Positions 28,690 to 42,330 of a DNA stretch of 64,000 nucleotides are shown here, one piece after another (the stretch's first letter is position 1; each line of letters starts with the position of its first letter). The notes below the pieces were generated by a model that was not told the DNA's origin, ran no database searches, and saw only the letters and a list, made by a program, of their open reading frames with translations. Source of the DNA: the human T2T-CHM13v2.0 reference genome, Homo sapiens. The translations under genes and the position numbers were made by a program. The stretch is from NCBI RefSeq assembly GCF_009914755.1, contig NC_060932.1. One strand, given 5' to 3'.

Positions 28690-28902
28690 TCTCTGGACAT
28701 CAGTTTCCTCATCTGTAAAATGGGGATAACAACACTTGGTTTAGGGATGTTCACGGGATGGAACTCAAAAATGTGTGAAAGGCATTATTACAGTTCTGGG
28801 GACAACATATGTGCCTAATAAGAAATGGTCATTACTAATGGGGCATTATTACAGTTCTGGGGACATTGTATGTGCTTAATAGGAAGTGGTCATTACTAAC
28901 AG
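28690..28902 (+). mobile_element. MIR with 61-bp tandem duplication of its 3' end
   Basis: CAGTTTCCTCATCTGTAAAATGGGGATAA core. GGCATTATTACAGTTCTGGGGACA...GGTCATTACTAA at 28781 and 28842. Confidence 0.85.
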
Positions 28903-29520
28903 GTAATTTTTTAACATAATTTTTGTAGCAATTTATCTAATACACTCACAGAGGAATTCACCCAAAATACTGCTTTTTCTCCCTTCAAATTTAAATGTTT
29001 CATAATTTTATTATAACACACATTTTATTTCAGAGTAAATATCATCTTCTGCCCTAAGGCTGTTTACTAGAAATTAAAATATTTTTCAAAAATAAATGTT
29101 CTGTATATATTGGCACAGTAAACTTTATCATTTGTGCTAGATTTGCCCTAGAGTACAAGTTTACACAGCTAAAGGAGAAAGCAGTAACATGCAAAGTGCG
29201 GACCCTTAAAATGGACCTTGGTAGAAGCACTGGGCACGGCTCCCCAAATCCACACCACCCTGGGTTCTGGTCTGGGCTCTCTCTGCCACTCACCAGTACT
29301 CACCCTCTCCTCTATACAAGGGGATCAGACCGCCTTTTAAGGAGGCTCGCTGAGATGAGGTGTGGGAACTCACAGCACAAAGACTTATAAACTGCAGGAG
29401 TTACTACCAGAGTTTATAATCACCGAGTTCATTGAGTTGTTATTACTGCTGGAAGGTGTGCCTGGTTCACCCAAAATGGGGAATCCACTAACTCTCAGAC
29501 TTACAGTAGCCAGCAAGTCC

Positions 29521-29824
29521 TTTTTTTTTTTTTTTTTTTTTTTAGACAGAGTATTTAGCTGTGTCTCCAGGCTGAAGTTCAGTGATGTGATCTCGGCTCA
29601 CTGCAACCTCTGCCTCCCAGGCTCAAGCGATTTTCCTGCCTCAGCCTCCTGAGTAGCTGGGATTACAGGCACGTGCCACCACGCCCAGCTAATTTTTGTA
29701 TTTTTAGTGGAGACGGGGTTTCACCTTGTTGGCCAGGATGGTCTCGATCTCCTGACCTCGTGATCTGCCCACCTCGGCCTCCCAAAGTGCTGGGATTATA
29801 GGCGTGAGCCACCGTGCCCCGGCC
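29521..29824 (-). mobile_element. AluS (Sc-like)
   Basis: GGCCAGGATGGTCTCGATCTCCTGACCTCGTGATC, T23 tail, TSD CAGCAAGTC (29511 / 29825). Confidence 0.95.
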
Positions 29825-30721
29825 CAGCAAGTCTTATAAACTCTGTGACTGGAGTAGACTAGTCTGTAAAAAATGACAGTGGTCCCTTGAACTCCACATT
29901 CATTTAATATTTGGTCATGGCCTCACACATTGTCACAACTGAGCATGAAGCCACATAAAGCTCTCCACAGGAGAGGAAACACTGGCAGAAAGGGGGATCA
30001 TTTTATGTTTGTTTGGATAGGGCGGCATTCTTATTGTATTTGCGTAAAGGAATTCTAGTGGCCCTGCTTTTTAATTACTTAAAGTAATTTTCATCAAGCA
30101 AGTCATTATATTTCCAAGTGATTCTTGGCACTGGTTATGCGCAGCACTGATTTCTGTAATCCCAGGTAAAAGGCAAGGCTCCCCCTCACTGATGCAAGTT
30201 AGGGGCCCTCTTATAATAACACATTCCTTACCTTAGGCCAAGGAAGAATGTCGAACTGGAAATGTGAAATTTTTTTCTGACTCTCTATTTCATTATAGTT
30301 GTCTTAAATAGGACGAAAACATTTTAAAAGAAACTTCTAACATTTTTGTTAATGGCTTTACTTACAAATGAAAATGAAGCATGTGGATGACTTCTCTAAA
30401 TGACCTTGGAGAATGACATTAAAGTAAAGAATCCATCGTGGATTGAGATTTGACCGGCTATTTTTCTCCTACCACCAGATTTCATTTGTAATAATGGCTT
30501 TATTGTTTACTCTAGCCTGTTTCACTCACATAACTGTTTGCTTTGAAATTTGAAACTACATATTTTCTCTGTAACTCAAATAAAAATGGGGTCATACAAG
30601 TGACCTTTTAGCCAGAAACTGCATGGTCAATCCTCTTTGACAGAAATAGCACAGGCCGTATCACTTGAGAGTAATGGAATCCTTTTAAGACAAAAGATCA
30701 TTCATTTACCATAAACCTTGA

Positions 30722-31084
<363 letters not shown>

Positions 31085-31255
31085 CAGCTTACGTTTACTG
31101 AACAATTTCTGGGCTGAGCTCCTGACCAAGCACTTTCATGTGTCACCTCAAGGAATTCTCACCCCAGCCAGTGAAGTGTAGGAATCATGGTTATCAATGT
31201 TCCATAAATGAGGAAACTCAGGTACACTAGCTGGAGAAACTTGCTCAGGGTCAAG
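31085..31255 (-). mobile_element. MIR (interrupted at its left end by the Alu at 30792)
   Basis: AAATGAGGAAACTCAGG...AACTTGCTCAGGGTCA. Confidence 0.65.
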
Positions 31256-33194
31256 TGTCCTGTGTTCTTTTTCCGTGCCCTAAGCATTTGCCCCACTGAA
31301 TTCTCATTTCTTTGCCTGGATGAAATCTCAGACAGGACCTGTAGCCTTTTCAGTTCGTCTTCAATAATTTAGTCCCCAGATCAGTTTCAGACCTGGAAGA
31401 GTGCTGCCTCACATCAAGATCAAAACTCCACCTCTGGTCCAGTTAAACTGGTTTCTCTTCTCCCAGCTCAGGGCCGCATTGGCTTGGAGACCCTGTGAAG
31501 AAGAAGCATCATTTTCCCCTTTACTTGCTCCAGCTCCTCTCCTGCTCCTTATCAGACGGCTCTACCAGCCTCTACTGGGCAGACCCTGCATTGCGTAATG
31601 AGCAAGGGACGGACAGAGCATTCAGCGGAAGTGACAAGGTTTCTCTCCCTGGCTCTTGCAGTGGGAATCAATGTCCCCTGGGCATGGCACATTTCAGAGC
31701 TGGTTCTCTCTGGGAGCTTTTGGGTTCCGTGGAGGCAGCCACGCCTCTGCTCAGCTAGTGGATGCCCCCAGCCTTCTCAGAGGAGGGCTTTGGGCAGACA
31801 TTGTTTTCTGTTGGCCTCCTTTGAGGGGACTTCTTTGAGAATACTCCTAGACCACCTTTCCCCGGCACATGTGTGGGCCGAGCAAACCCTCATTTTTGTG
31901 CCTGTGGAAAGGCAGCTTCATCCTGCCTGTGTGATCTGGTTAGAGAGTCCATTACAGACTCTGCCCTTAGACTTCTCAGACTGGAGGTATAAGCCAGTTC
32001 CCAGGCTCCTCAGCTCCAAGGGGCCTGTGTTGGGCTTTTTTGGGTGGCCTTGAATTCAGCCCCAGCCAGTGTGAGATGAGAGGAGGCTATGGCCACCATT
32101 GTGTAACTGAGCACCGAGTGAAGGGCTTTAGGCAAAGCTATTCCCATTCCAGTAGACTTGCTAGCTTGCTTCGCCCACCTGACATCCTGTGAAACCTTTG
32201 TGGGTAACAAACTGTACCCAGTCCACTCCCTCCTGACTTGCCACTTGGAGGATCCTGTCACAACGTAGTGCATATTCACTTAAGTCAAAATAACTTTTCC
32301 GTTTGATCAACACGCCTGTGTGAGTTTTGTGCTGTTGCACTAGTATTCCTCAGCACACCTCAGGAGCACCACTGGGGTGGACATTCCTTGACCTGTATCT
32401 GTAAAAACGTTAGAAGGTAAAAGTTGGCCTTCCCTGCATCTCTACACCTGGTTCAACATTTGCTTCCCATCCTCTGGTCATATAGAGTAGATGTGTCAAA
32501 AGAAACAAGACTTTAAAAGGTTGCTGAAAAAGTGGAGAAATGATTTACTCATCTTGTCGAAAAAATTAAAGTGCCTAATTAAAACAAAATAATGGAAACA
32601 CAGAGCAAGAGGATACTTTATTAAATAACATTGGAAGACCTACTGTAGTCAGCTGAAAGAATACGCTAAAATATGACTAGACTACTGGAATGAGAAGTTT
32701 AAATATTATTAGGAAAAGTCTGTGGTTTTAAAGAATTTATAACATGATAGTGTTGTTGTCAAGAAGATTATTTTACTTGCAATCCGGAGCTGATTGCTGA
32801 TGGCAATGCTAAGGTCAGAAAGAGAAGATTCAGGCATCAGAATTATAGATGGTGAGGGATTTCACCATGGAGATAAGAAAGAAAAAGACACAGCATTCAG
32901 TAATTGGAAAAGTGCAGGTCCTGAAAGGGTGATGGTTTTGACTTAATGTTTCCAGATGGTTGGCCCTCTGATTTCATACTTTCTGTCCAATTTATAGTGT
33001 GCAAAGTCAGTCTTTTTTGGTCAGCCTTTTACTCCTCCATTCGCTCTTTCACTTTTCTCCCTTACTTTTGCATTCTTTACAAGTTATGCTCACAGTATAA
33101 AAGGGGTTAATGAAAGTGATGATGTGCTTGGAAGAGAAGGAAAAGGGAAGATGTTGAAAAGCATAGCATATATTATGAATTAAAATGAATAAAT

Positions 33195-33677
<483 letters not shown>

Positions 33678-33849
33678 TCAAGTGGGAAGCTGGGAACGAC
33701 TCATCCTCAACATGTACCTCCTCACCCTCTGCATCCTGTCTGTCTCCCAGTTCAGCCCAGCGTGCCTCTTAAACATCTCTTGAAACTGTCCACTCTTTTC
33801 TCCACCCTAAAGCCACCCTCCTGCTAAGAGTGAAGTGAATGAAAATGCC

Positions 33850-33990
33850 TGTGTGCTCTTATTTAACCCACTCAAAAAGCCCTCAAGAGGTAGGTACTAT
33901 TGCTATCCCCATTTTCCAGATGGGAAATCTGAGGCACGAGAAGATAAAGTGAACTGCCCAAGGCTACTCAACCATTACGGGGCAGAACCA
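33850..33990 (-). mobile_element. MIR
   Basis: GAGGTAGGTACTATTGCTATCCCCATTTTCCAGATGGGAAA.CTGAGGCAC. Confidence 0.75.
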
Positions 33991-35776
33991 TAGGCAGTGC
34001 CATATTGGGCGGTGCTCAGAGCCCAGCTGCCATGACCCCTTCCCTGGGAAGCTCTGACTCACCTCTGTGCAGCCACACTTAATCCCCACTCATCCTGTCC
34101 CCATACTGCAGCCAGGGGAGTTTAAAAAAATACAAGTATGACCATGTCACCAATGCTCAATTACCCAATAAAATCCAAAGTCATCTGCCTTTCCGCTACA
34201 CCTAGTTGGCCTCTGACCGCTGTCCCCTAGCACTCCATACCAGCCATTGGAGTGTCTTGAATGTACCATGAACTCAAAAGCTGCCCTGATGAGGGATGCC
34301 CTCGCCTCCTGGGTCTTTATTGGAGTTTGTCTCCTCCTTACCCTTCCTTTACCTTCAAGTCCTTTGCCACAGTCCTGCCAAATTTATTTTCTACATCATT
34401 CATTCGATTCACATTTACCAAATGCATTTTGAATCTTTTTTTTAAGTTCAGGATTTTTCTACGTCTTACACATAATTGCTCCACCAATAGGTACTAATTA
34501 ATTGAACACAGCCATAATTCAGTCAGTACTCTTGTATTGTAAATGAATCTCTCTTCCATTTGTAAAGAATCCAAAAGTTCACATTGCCGTGGGAAACTGC
34601 ATTTTTACTTCAAAGACAAGGATGCGACTGTTCTTAAAAGGGAAGCCAAGAGTACAGATATGAGAGTGATCAGAGTCAAGTTGGAACCTGATGCTTAAAG
34701 TTAGTAAGCACAAATACTATTACCAGAAAAATCAAAAAGCAGTGTTCCAGAGAACAGTTTTACACATATTGTAAACGTTTTGTTATCTGGCATGTTAGGA
34801 AGCTAGAAGAATCAGTTCTAGAATTCTTAATAACTTCAAAGGTAAATTGCTTCTTTTATTTGCTCCCAAGAATGTTTGAGCTAAAGACATTTTTCAGCTC
34901 ACCAGATTGAACACATTTGTTTTTATAGATAAGAAAATCAAGACACTTAGATGTTAGGTGACTTAGAGCTGAATTACTCAGCCTTGCTCTTTCAATACCC
35001 CCCTTTTCCTGCTGTGAGACACAGGGGAATTACTCATTCTCACATAGAAACTTCTGTGGGTGAATCCAGGTTGTGTTCAGTTCCCAGGGCCCTTGCTCTA
35101 ACTCCAGTGCTTTCTTTCCTACTTAAAATTTAAAGACTAATTAGGCATTAACTATCCTTTTCTTTTTCATTACCAGAAGCACTCTTTAAAGAGGAAGTAA
35201 CAAAACAGCAGCCCAAATGTGGCCAACAGTGTTTTTAATATTGAATTTTTAAATCGGGAGAGTTTGTGCAGAGCTCTGGATTTGCTGTTGCGTCAACAAT
35301 GAGCCACATTCCCCATGGCAGCCCGTAGCGGGGGGCTCCTTTCCGAAGGCCACACACTCTCCCATTATCTGCCTGGCCTCAGAGGCTTTGAGGCACAAAT
35401 TGCCCGGATTACAGGAACTTTGGCTTTAGCATTTTTTTCAAATAAACTGTGTATGAGGTTCATTCTCTATATCTAACCACCTCCAGGATTGCAAATGTTC
35501 TTGAGGTCTCCCCAAGGTTATAGTTCAGCTGAGGGTCCTGTTCACCTGACTGCACCTGTTCACCTGACTGCACCTGTGAGGAGCTGGCAGATGGGAAGTT
35601 AGAAAGGTTCAGGCCACTTTGGTTTTAAAAACTTGGAATTCTCTGAGATTGCTATTTCTGTGCCTAAAAAGCTCAGACTTTTGCTCATTCAGAGACAAGT
35701 AACTTTGGCCTGTTTCCTCTGTGCTGGAGGCATTTGGGTTCTAATGGGATGCTGGCTAGCACAGAAATGGGCTTCC

Positions 35777-35935
35777 CCCCTTTCCTGTTGCTACTCAAAG
35801 GCAACAAACAGCATCACCTGGGATCTGGTGAGAAATGCGTAATCTGGGTCTCACCCGAAATCTACCAAATCAGACTGTGCTTTAAGGAGATCCTTGAGGG
35901 GTCTGCAGGCCCATTAAAGTTTGAGAAGCACCACT
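35777..35935. mobile_element. MER5A-like hAT MITE
   Basis: CAGCATCACCTGGGA.CT.GT.AGAAATGC ... CATTAAAGTTTGAGAAGCAC. Confidence 0.8.
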
Positions 35936-38900
35936 AGAGTGAGTAGTGGGAGATAACATTGCTCTTCCTTGTCCTTGGGTCCTTTGTCCCCCAGCTGGCT
36001 CTATGTGCCACCTGTTCTCCCTGCACAAACCAGGACTCCCCCACAGATGATGTGCTCCCCCACCCCGACCCCCGCCACCATCACCCCCAGGCCAGATTGC
36101 TTTTGAGTTCACATTTGAGTTCATATCTGCTCTGATTCAGCGAACCATTAGCACCTTGGCTCTGCCAAGTTTCTTTTCCCCAGTCCTTTTTATCCCTTCA
36201 TGAAATTTTCAAATGGATGTTAAACAGGGTAGAATGTAGCCAAGATGGTTTATGAATCGAAGTTTCTCCCACCCTCAGGCTGTGTTCTCTGTCCTGAGTC
36301 ATAAGTCAAGGATCAGGCAAGGCTATATAATTATTTTTGTTGATGAAACCCTACGGGGCCAAGATCTAATTTTCCTTCCTCAAAACAACACGAAGCCCCT
36401 CTCAGCCTGGCGGTTGGCCTATCCCATCAGTGCCTGACTGCACCTCAGGGGGCCTGTTCAGGACATCAGAGGGCTGACAGCAAGGCCACAGCCAGTAGAG
36501 TATCATGTGCCACAGTGCTCTCTGAACAGACGTCATGGTTATCTCGTACAAAGTGTCTACACTACAAAACTCAGAGTATTTCTCCAGCACTGTATAGCTC
36601 TGTCCCAGCCCACACTGTTTCACAGTAAAAAATAAAAGAACCAGAGTTAAGGATTAAGTAAATATTACAAGAGACAGCAACCTAAGTCACCTGCTTATTT
36701 TTGAAGTAGGTTTACTTTGTTGGCTAAACCAGGTAGAAAACTTGGAGTATGCCTTAGTATCCCACAACACCCCAAACAGTATCTTTAGTTTGTTCTGTTG
36801 CTTTTGGGTCTTCCAATAAGATGAAGTTGTTTTTTTTCCTTCCCAGAGTTCACATCAAAACTATAAACTCTAACCATGGTCATGTCAAAACATCATCACT
36901 GTGTTGAAAATTATTAGGGAAATTGGGAATAGCAGAGGAGGAGTGGGAAGGGGTAGAAGCCAAAAGGAAATGAAGTATGAAATACTTGCAGATAATTGCT
37001 ATGTGTGACATAATTCTTTCACACAGATTTTAAGATTAGTAATTGTTGAGGGGTGTGGAACAATTGTGAGTGCTGGAGGAGCCGTCTTGAGGGTGTCTGC
37101 CACATGAATAGAGAAAGCAGTGTGCAAGGAAGACAAGCAGCTTTCTGGAAAATGCTTCTTAGAAGATAGACTGGTATTCCTCACTCTTGTGAATCGACAG
37201 TCAGGCTTTTTATTCAGTGTTGCCAACAGTACCAAAGCCTACCTTAACAGACACGCAGGTGTGCATGGAAGGCCACGCCAGTGGTGTAGGTGTTTTAGGC
37301 TTCTGGTCCTAATATGATAGAACTAGAAGAGAAGATGGTTAGAAGAGAAGCACAGGCCTGCATGAGGAGGAATGTTACATGAGAACTACAACTCATCTTC
37401 AGAGAGCGTTGGCCTAAGAACAGACAGTGCGGGACCATAGAAAAATTCAGTCATTCACCAATATTCCAACACGCCATTTTGAAACTGGAAGTAATTCCTT
37501 CATTCTTAGATCCTCAGAACCTCACGATTTTACAGTACGAAGGGATTGAAGGAATCTTGTCCAACTAACTCGTGCCCCAGGAGAAGGGAGATGAACTTTG
37601 TCTCCCACTGCCCACTAGGTGGTATTCCCACTCTAGTCCTCAGGCACAAAGCTGAAGGTTGCAGATCTTGGTCCTGCCCCTCACTGTGCCCCCAAACTTT
37701 CTGGTATTGTCCTGGGGTCAGCCCTCTCCCAAGGGTCCCGGGTATGATGACCTCGGAGTTGCATCCTGGCCCAGGCTCTGCTGCCTGTTCTGGCTCTGAG
37801 TCTCTTCTGTAAAGAGGATGAGATTGTGCCTCCAGAGGAATCGGGGCTCCCTTCTGGCATTTCATTCAAAATGTGTTCAAAGAAACAATCTCATTTCATC
37901 TTAATGGGAGGAGGTGTTTTTTGTTTTTTATACTAAATTGAGGTATCAAAATAGAACCGCACAATTAAAGGAAATTGTTAATGTAGGTATTGCCTTGGGG
38001 TTTCTCAAATCTTGCACAGGAAAATATTTTTATTAGAACAAATCCCTTCACAGATTACTAAAATTATCTCTAACAAAACATGGTGATGGGTTGCATTTAC
38101 AGATTTAAGAATTTCAGGAAATTATAAGGAGAAATACCAGCAGATGTGGTTGTAATATGACTTTATTTATTTTGTAAATTAGTTATTTGGCATGTTAGTT
38201 GAATAGGTTACTCTCTTAGCATTCCTAATTATAACCAAAGATGCTGTTAAGGTCATTAGCCCCTTGCTTTGGAGTGCTGATGCATTTGTAAATGTTCTCT
38301 GCCTGCAGTAACAGGCTATGGGAGGAATTGTTTCCAGGGGCTGCAGGGTAAGAGTTACATTATATGGCACATGAAATAAAAAGACTCCTTACAGAATTAC
38401 AGTAGGAATATTGATAAACGTTCAACTATTGACAAGTGGGTTTTATTGTTGTTGTTGGCTTGGTAGTCAAGTTGTCCCATGAAAGCTTACCTATTACCCA
38501 AGTTTTCTATAGTATTAAAGTAACATATTTTTAGGTATGATTGGACACTTTTAAGACTTTGTTCCTAGTACTGTAGAGGATTTGGGAATATACATACCAT
38601 GAAGAAACTTTTGATTTCTGCTCATTAAGTATGAAAAATTATGGATAACTTAGGGACAATCAAATTATCTACTCATATGGTAAATTTGGAAGTATTTCTA
38701 TGGATCTTCTAATGTTAAAAAAAAATAAGCTTGTGTTTAATGGGTGGAACTCCATACACATTTGTGGTTTTCAGGAGAAAGTTTTTAAATATATTGGTTG
38801 GCCAAAGTAAGATAACTGAAACGTGTTGAGGTTTTTTTTTTTTTTTTAAACTTTGTAGCTTTGCTGCCAATCCCATTTCTTGCCCTTTTCAGTTTATGAA

Positions 38901-39390
38901 GTTAAAAAAGTGACTGTTGCAAGTATTCCTGAGAAATTGGTAGTACAGAGGGAGAAGTTTTGCTTCATTGCAAAAGAGATAATTCACGACGTTGCAACCG
39001 GGGGGCATGGAAGGGATTCGTAGGAACTCAGTGGCATGTAATGAGCTGGGGAACAGGGCTTGGCTAAGCCCTCATTCCTACGTTCATCAAGTATTTGCTG
39101 GGTTTTGAGCTGAGAAATGCCAACCGGGCGTGTTCAGAAGGCGGATCTCACCAATCCGGAGGCAGCTGGAAGAGTTCGCGCGTGGGAAACCTCAGCCCTT
39201 TCTTTCTTCCCGGCACAGCGTTGTGCTGCCGCGCGTCGGCGCAGGCGGGGGCGCAAGGCCCGGGTCGTCCCCCTCGCGCGGTCGGGAAAACAGCTACTGA
39301 GCTGCGGCCCACGACCCTCGGCCGCGCAGGGGCGGGGCGGGGGCGCTGCGGGGTTTCTCTGTTGCTAGAGCCGTGATGTCACCCGCCCCT

Positions 39391-39422
39391 CCTAACCCGC
39401 GGTTGGTTGTTTTGTGTTTCAG
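39391..39422 (+). promoter_or_regulatory. 3' splice acceptor with branch point
   Basis: CCTAAC branch consensus (39391-39396), then U-rich TTGTTTTGTGTTTC, then AG, with no intervening AG. A second CAG at 39432-39434 could be an alternative acceptor. Confidence 0.85.
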
Positions 39423-39564
39423 CTCTGCCTGCAGTTGAACACAAAGACCTGGAGGAGACTCCCACCTCCTTCAGGGAGAAGAAAGGAGGCAGCGAAGCAG
39501 ATTAAAGGAACTTGTGGCTTGTGGCCTTTTTGTGCAAGGGCCGCCTGGAAGGGGAGAAAAGTGT

Positions 39565-39586
39565 ATGAAAGCCACCGTGGCGGTTA

Positions 39587-39597
<11 letters not shown>
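39565..39597 (+). other. uORF1 in FAM110B leader (MKATVAVNEL*)
   Basis: ATG 39565 to TGA 39595-39597. It contains an in-frame GCCACC-GTG-G at 39571-39580. Translation not shown. Confidence 0.55.
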
Positions 39598-40859
<1,262 letters not shown>

Positions 40860-41194
40860 GACAGTGCGTGGAAAGGAGGGAGCGTGGGTCTCTGTGCTTA
40901 CGCAGTTGTGAAGGTTGTGAGGTCTCCTTGAAGTGTTGTGAGCTTCTCCACTCTTTGTGTTGCTTGTTGTGCAATGTTTTCAAGTTGCATGCTTGTCAAC
41001 ATGGGGACTGACCTGGCTTCCACGTCACCATCGCTACAGAGCCTGGCTGAACACGCGTCATCTGCCAAAAGTTTCAGGCCAGAATCTAATTAGGGCTTTG
41101 CTCGTAAGCAAAACTGTTTACATGAAAATGGTATACAACTTCTTCGATATTTATGTGGTTCTTGTGTTTTTATATCCCGCGCTATTGTGTCTTA

Positions 41195-41364
41195 ATTAAA
41201 AGTTTTATCAACTGGCTTTTAAGTTGAGAGCGGAATCTTTTTGAAATAAAAAGCCACTTTGCCTACATGTGAGACTATTCCAGTGGGACAGTAAATGGGA
41301 TCTGCTACCAAACAGATAATGACTGACCGAACATAGAACCAGGCTGGGTTTTCTGTGGAATAAA
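41195..41364 (+). terminator. Candidate proximal poly(A) signals
   Basis: ATTAAA 41195-41200, AATAAA 41245-41250 and AATAAA 41359-41364. Usage unknown. Confidence 0.4.
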
Positions 41365-41655
41365 GTGGTGAGCCTGACGTTAATCGTTTACATGTTGAAA
41401 TTCTCTTGCCACTTAGTGAAGCAGTCATTGGGGTAACAATGCTACGTTTTGTGTCCGATTCAGTGTGTAAACGTTGGTGGTTCTATGTAATACTGACCCC
41501 AAGGAAAGACGATCAGATACAAAGAAAGATGGTTAAATCTAGGAGGTTGGGTGTTTGGGGGTTTTGTTGATGTTGTTCTGATTGGGATAATTCAGAAATT
41601 CCTAATATTATCTTTCGACAGAATGACCACCCTAAAACAAATACTGAATGCCTTT

Positions 41656-41702
41656 AAAAAAAAAAAAGTTGTGGTTTTTTGTTTTTTTTTTTTTTTTTTT
41701 TT
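41656..41702 (+). repeat. A12 and T6-G-T21 mononucleotide tracts in the 3' UTR
   Basis: A 41656-41667, T 41675-41680, T 41682-41702. Confidence 0.9.
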
Positions 41703-42203
41703 GGTCGAGAACTACTAATTTCATGCTATTTCTTTCTCTCTCCCTTTGTTGTTATTTGATTTGGGGGAAGGGAGTGAGGCTTGTGCAGATTTGAGCTATC
41801 TGAAGACATGAACAGAAGTCAAATACCAGCCATATCAGTAGAGCCTTCCATTCAAAAGTGAACACACTTGGTAGCTGAACCATATCTGAGCAGCGTGATT
41901 CTGTTGTCTTGCATATGTTATTCTCTCAGGCTGTGGATCTTTGTTACAGCTCTAGGAAACTGTAGAAATACAATGCTATGTAGCTTTTCCACCCCATGGT
42001 CTCTAGTGCTGCCTATCAACTTGTCCCCTTTTTTCCCAATAACCTGTCTTCCAGGTGGTACAGTTAGCTGTCACTCAGCTGACACCATGATGTGGCAGCA
42101 GAGAGGGAAACCTACAAGTGGTTTGCCTCATTGCCTTTGCCACATCTGAAGTTCTCAGCAGCACTACCTTAGACTTCATGAGCTAATAGGAAACTTTTTA
42201 TGG

Positions 42204-42330
42204 TGTAAATGCTGTAAGACTTTGTACATACTTCAGTTGTTATGAAATCTTTAAAGAAAAAAAGAAAAAGTTACGCTAATAAATTGCTGTGGTGCAGGCA
42301 CTAATGGTGGTGGTTTCTCTTTGTCCTGTA
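42204..42330 (+). terminator. Main polyadenylation site of FAM110B
   Basis: Three upstream TGTA (CFIm-type) motifs at 42204, 42213 and 42223, AATAAA at 42278-42283, CA at 42299-42300, then GU/U-rich GGTGGTGGTTTCTCTTTGT. Confidence 0.8.

Noticed and set aside
31401-32279. Cluster of overlapping ORFs up to 151 aa
   Set aside because: Moderately GC-rich intron; no recognisable domain, codon bias or convincing exon boundaries.
39095-39376. 93-aa and 83-aa ORFs upstream of the acceptor
   Set aside because: GC-rich CpG-island sequence with Gly/Arg/Ala bias, intronic in the spliced model, no homology recognised.
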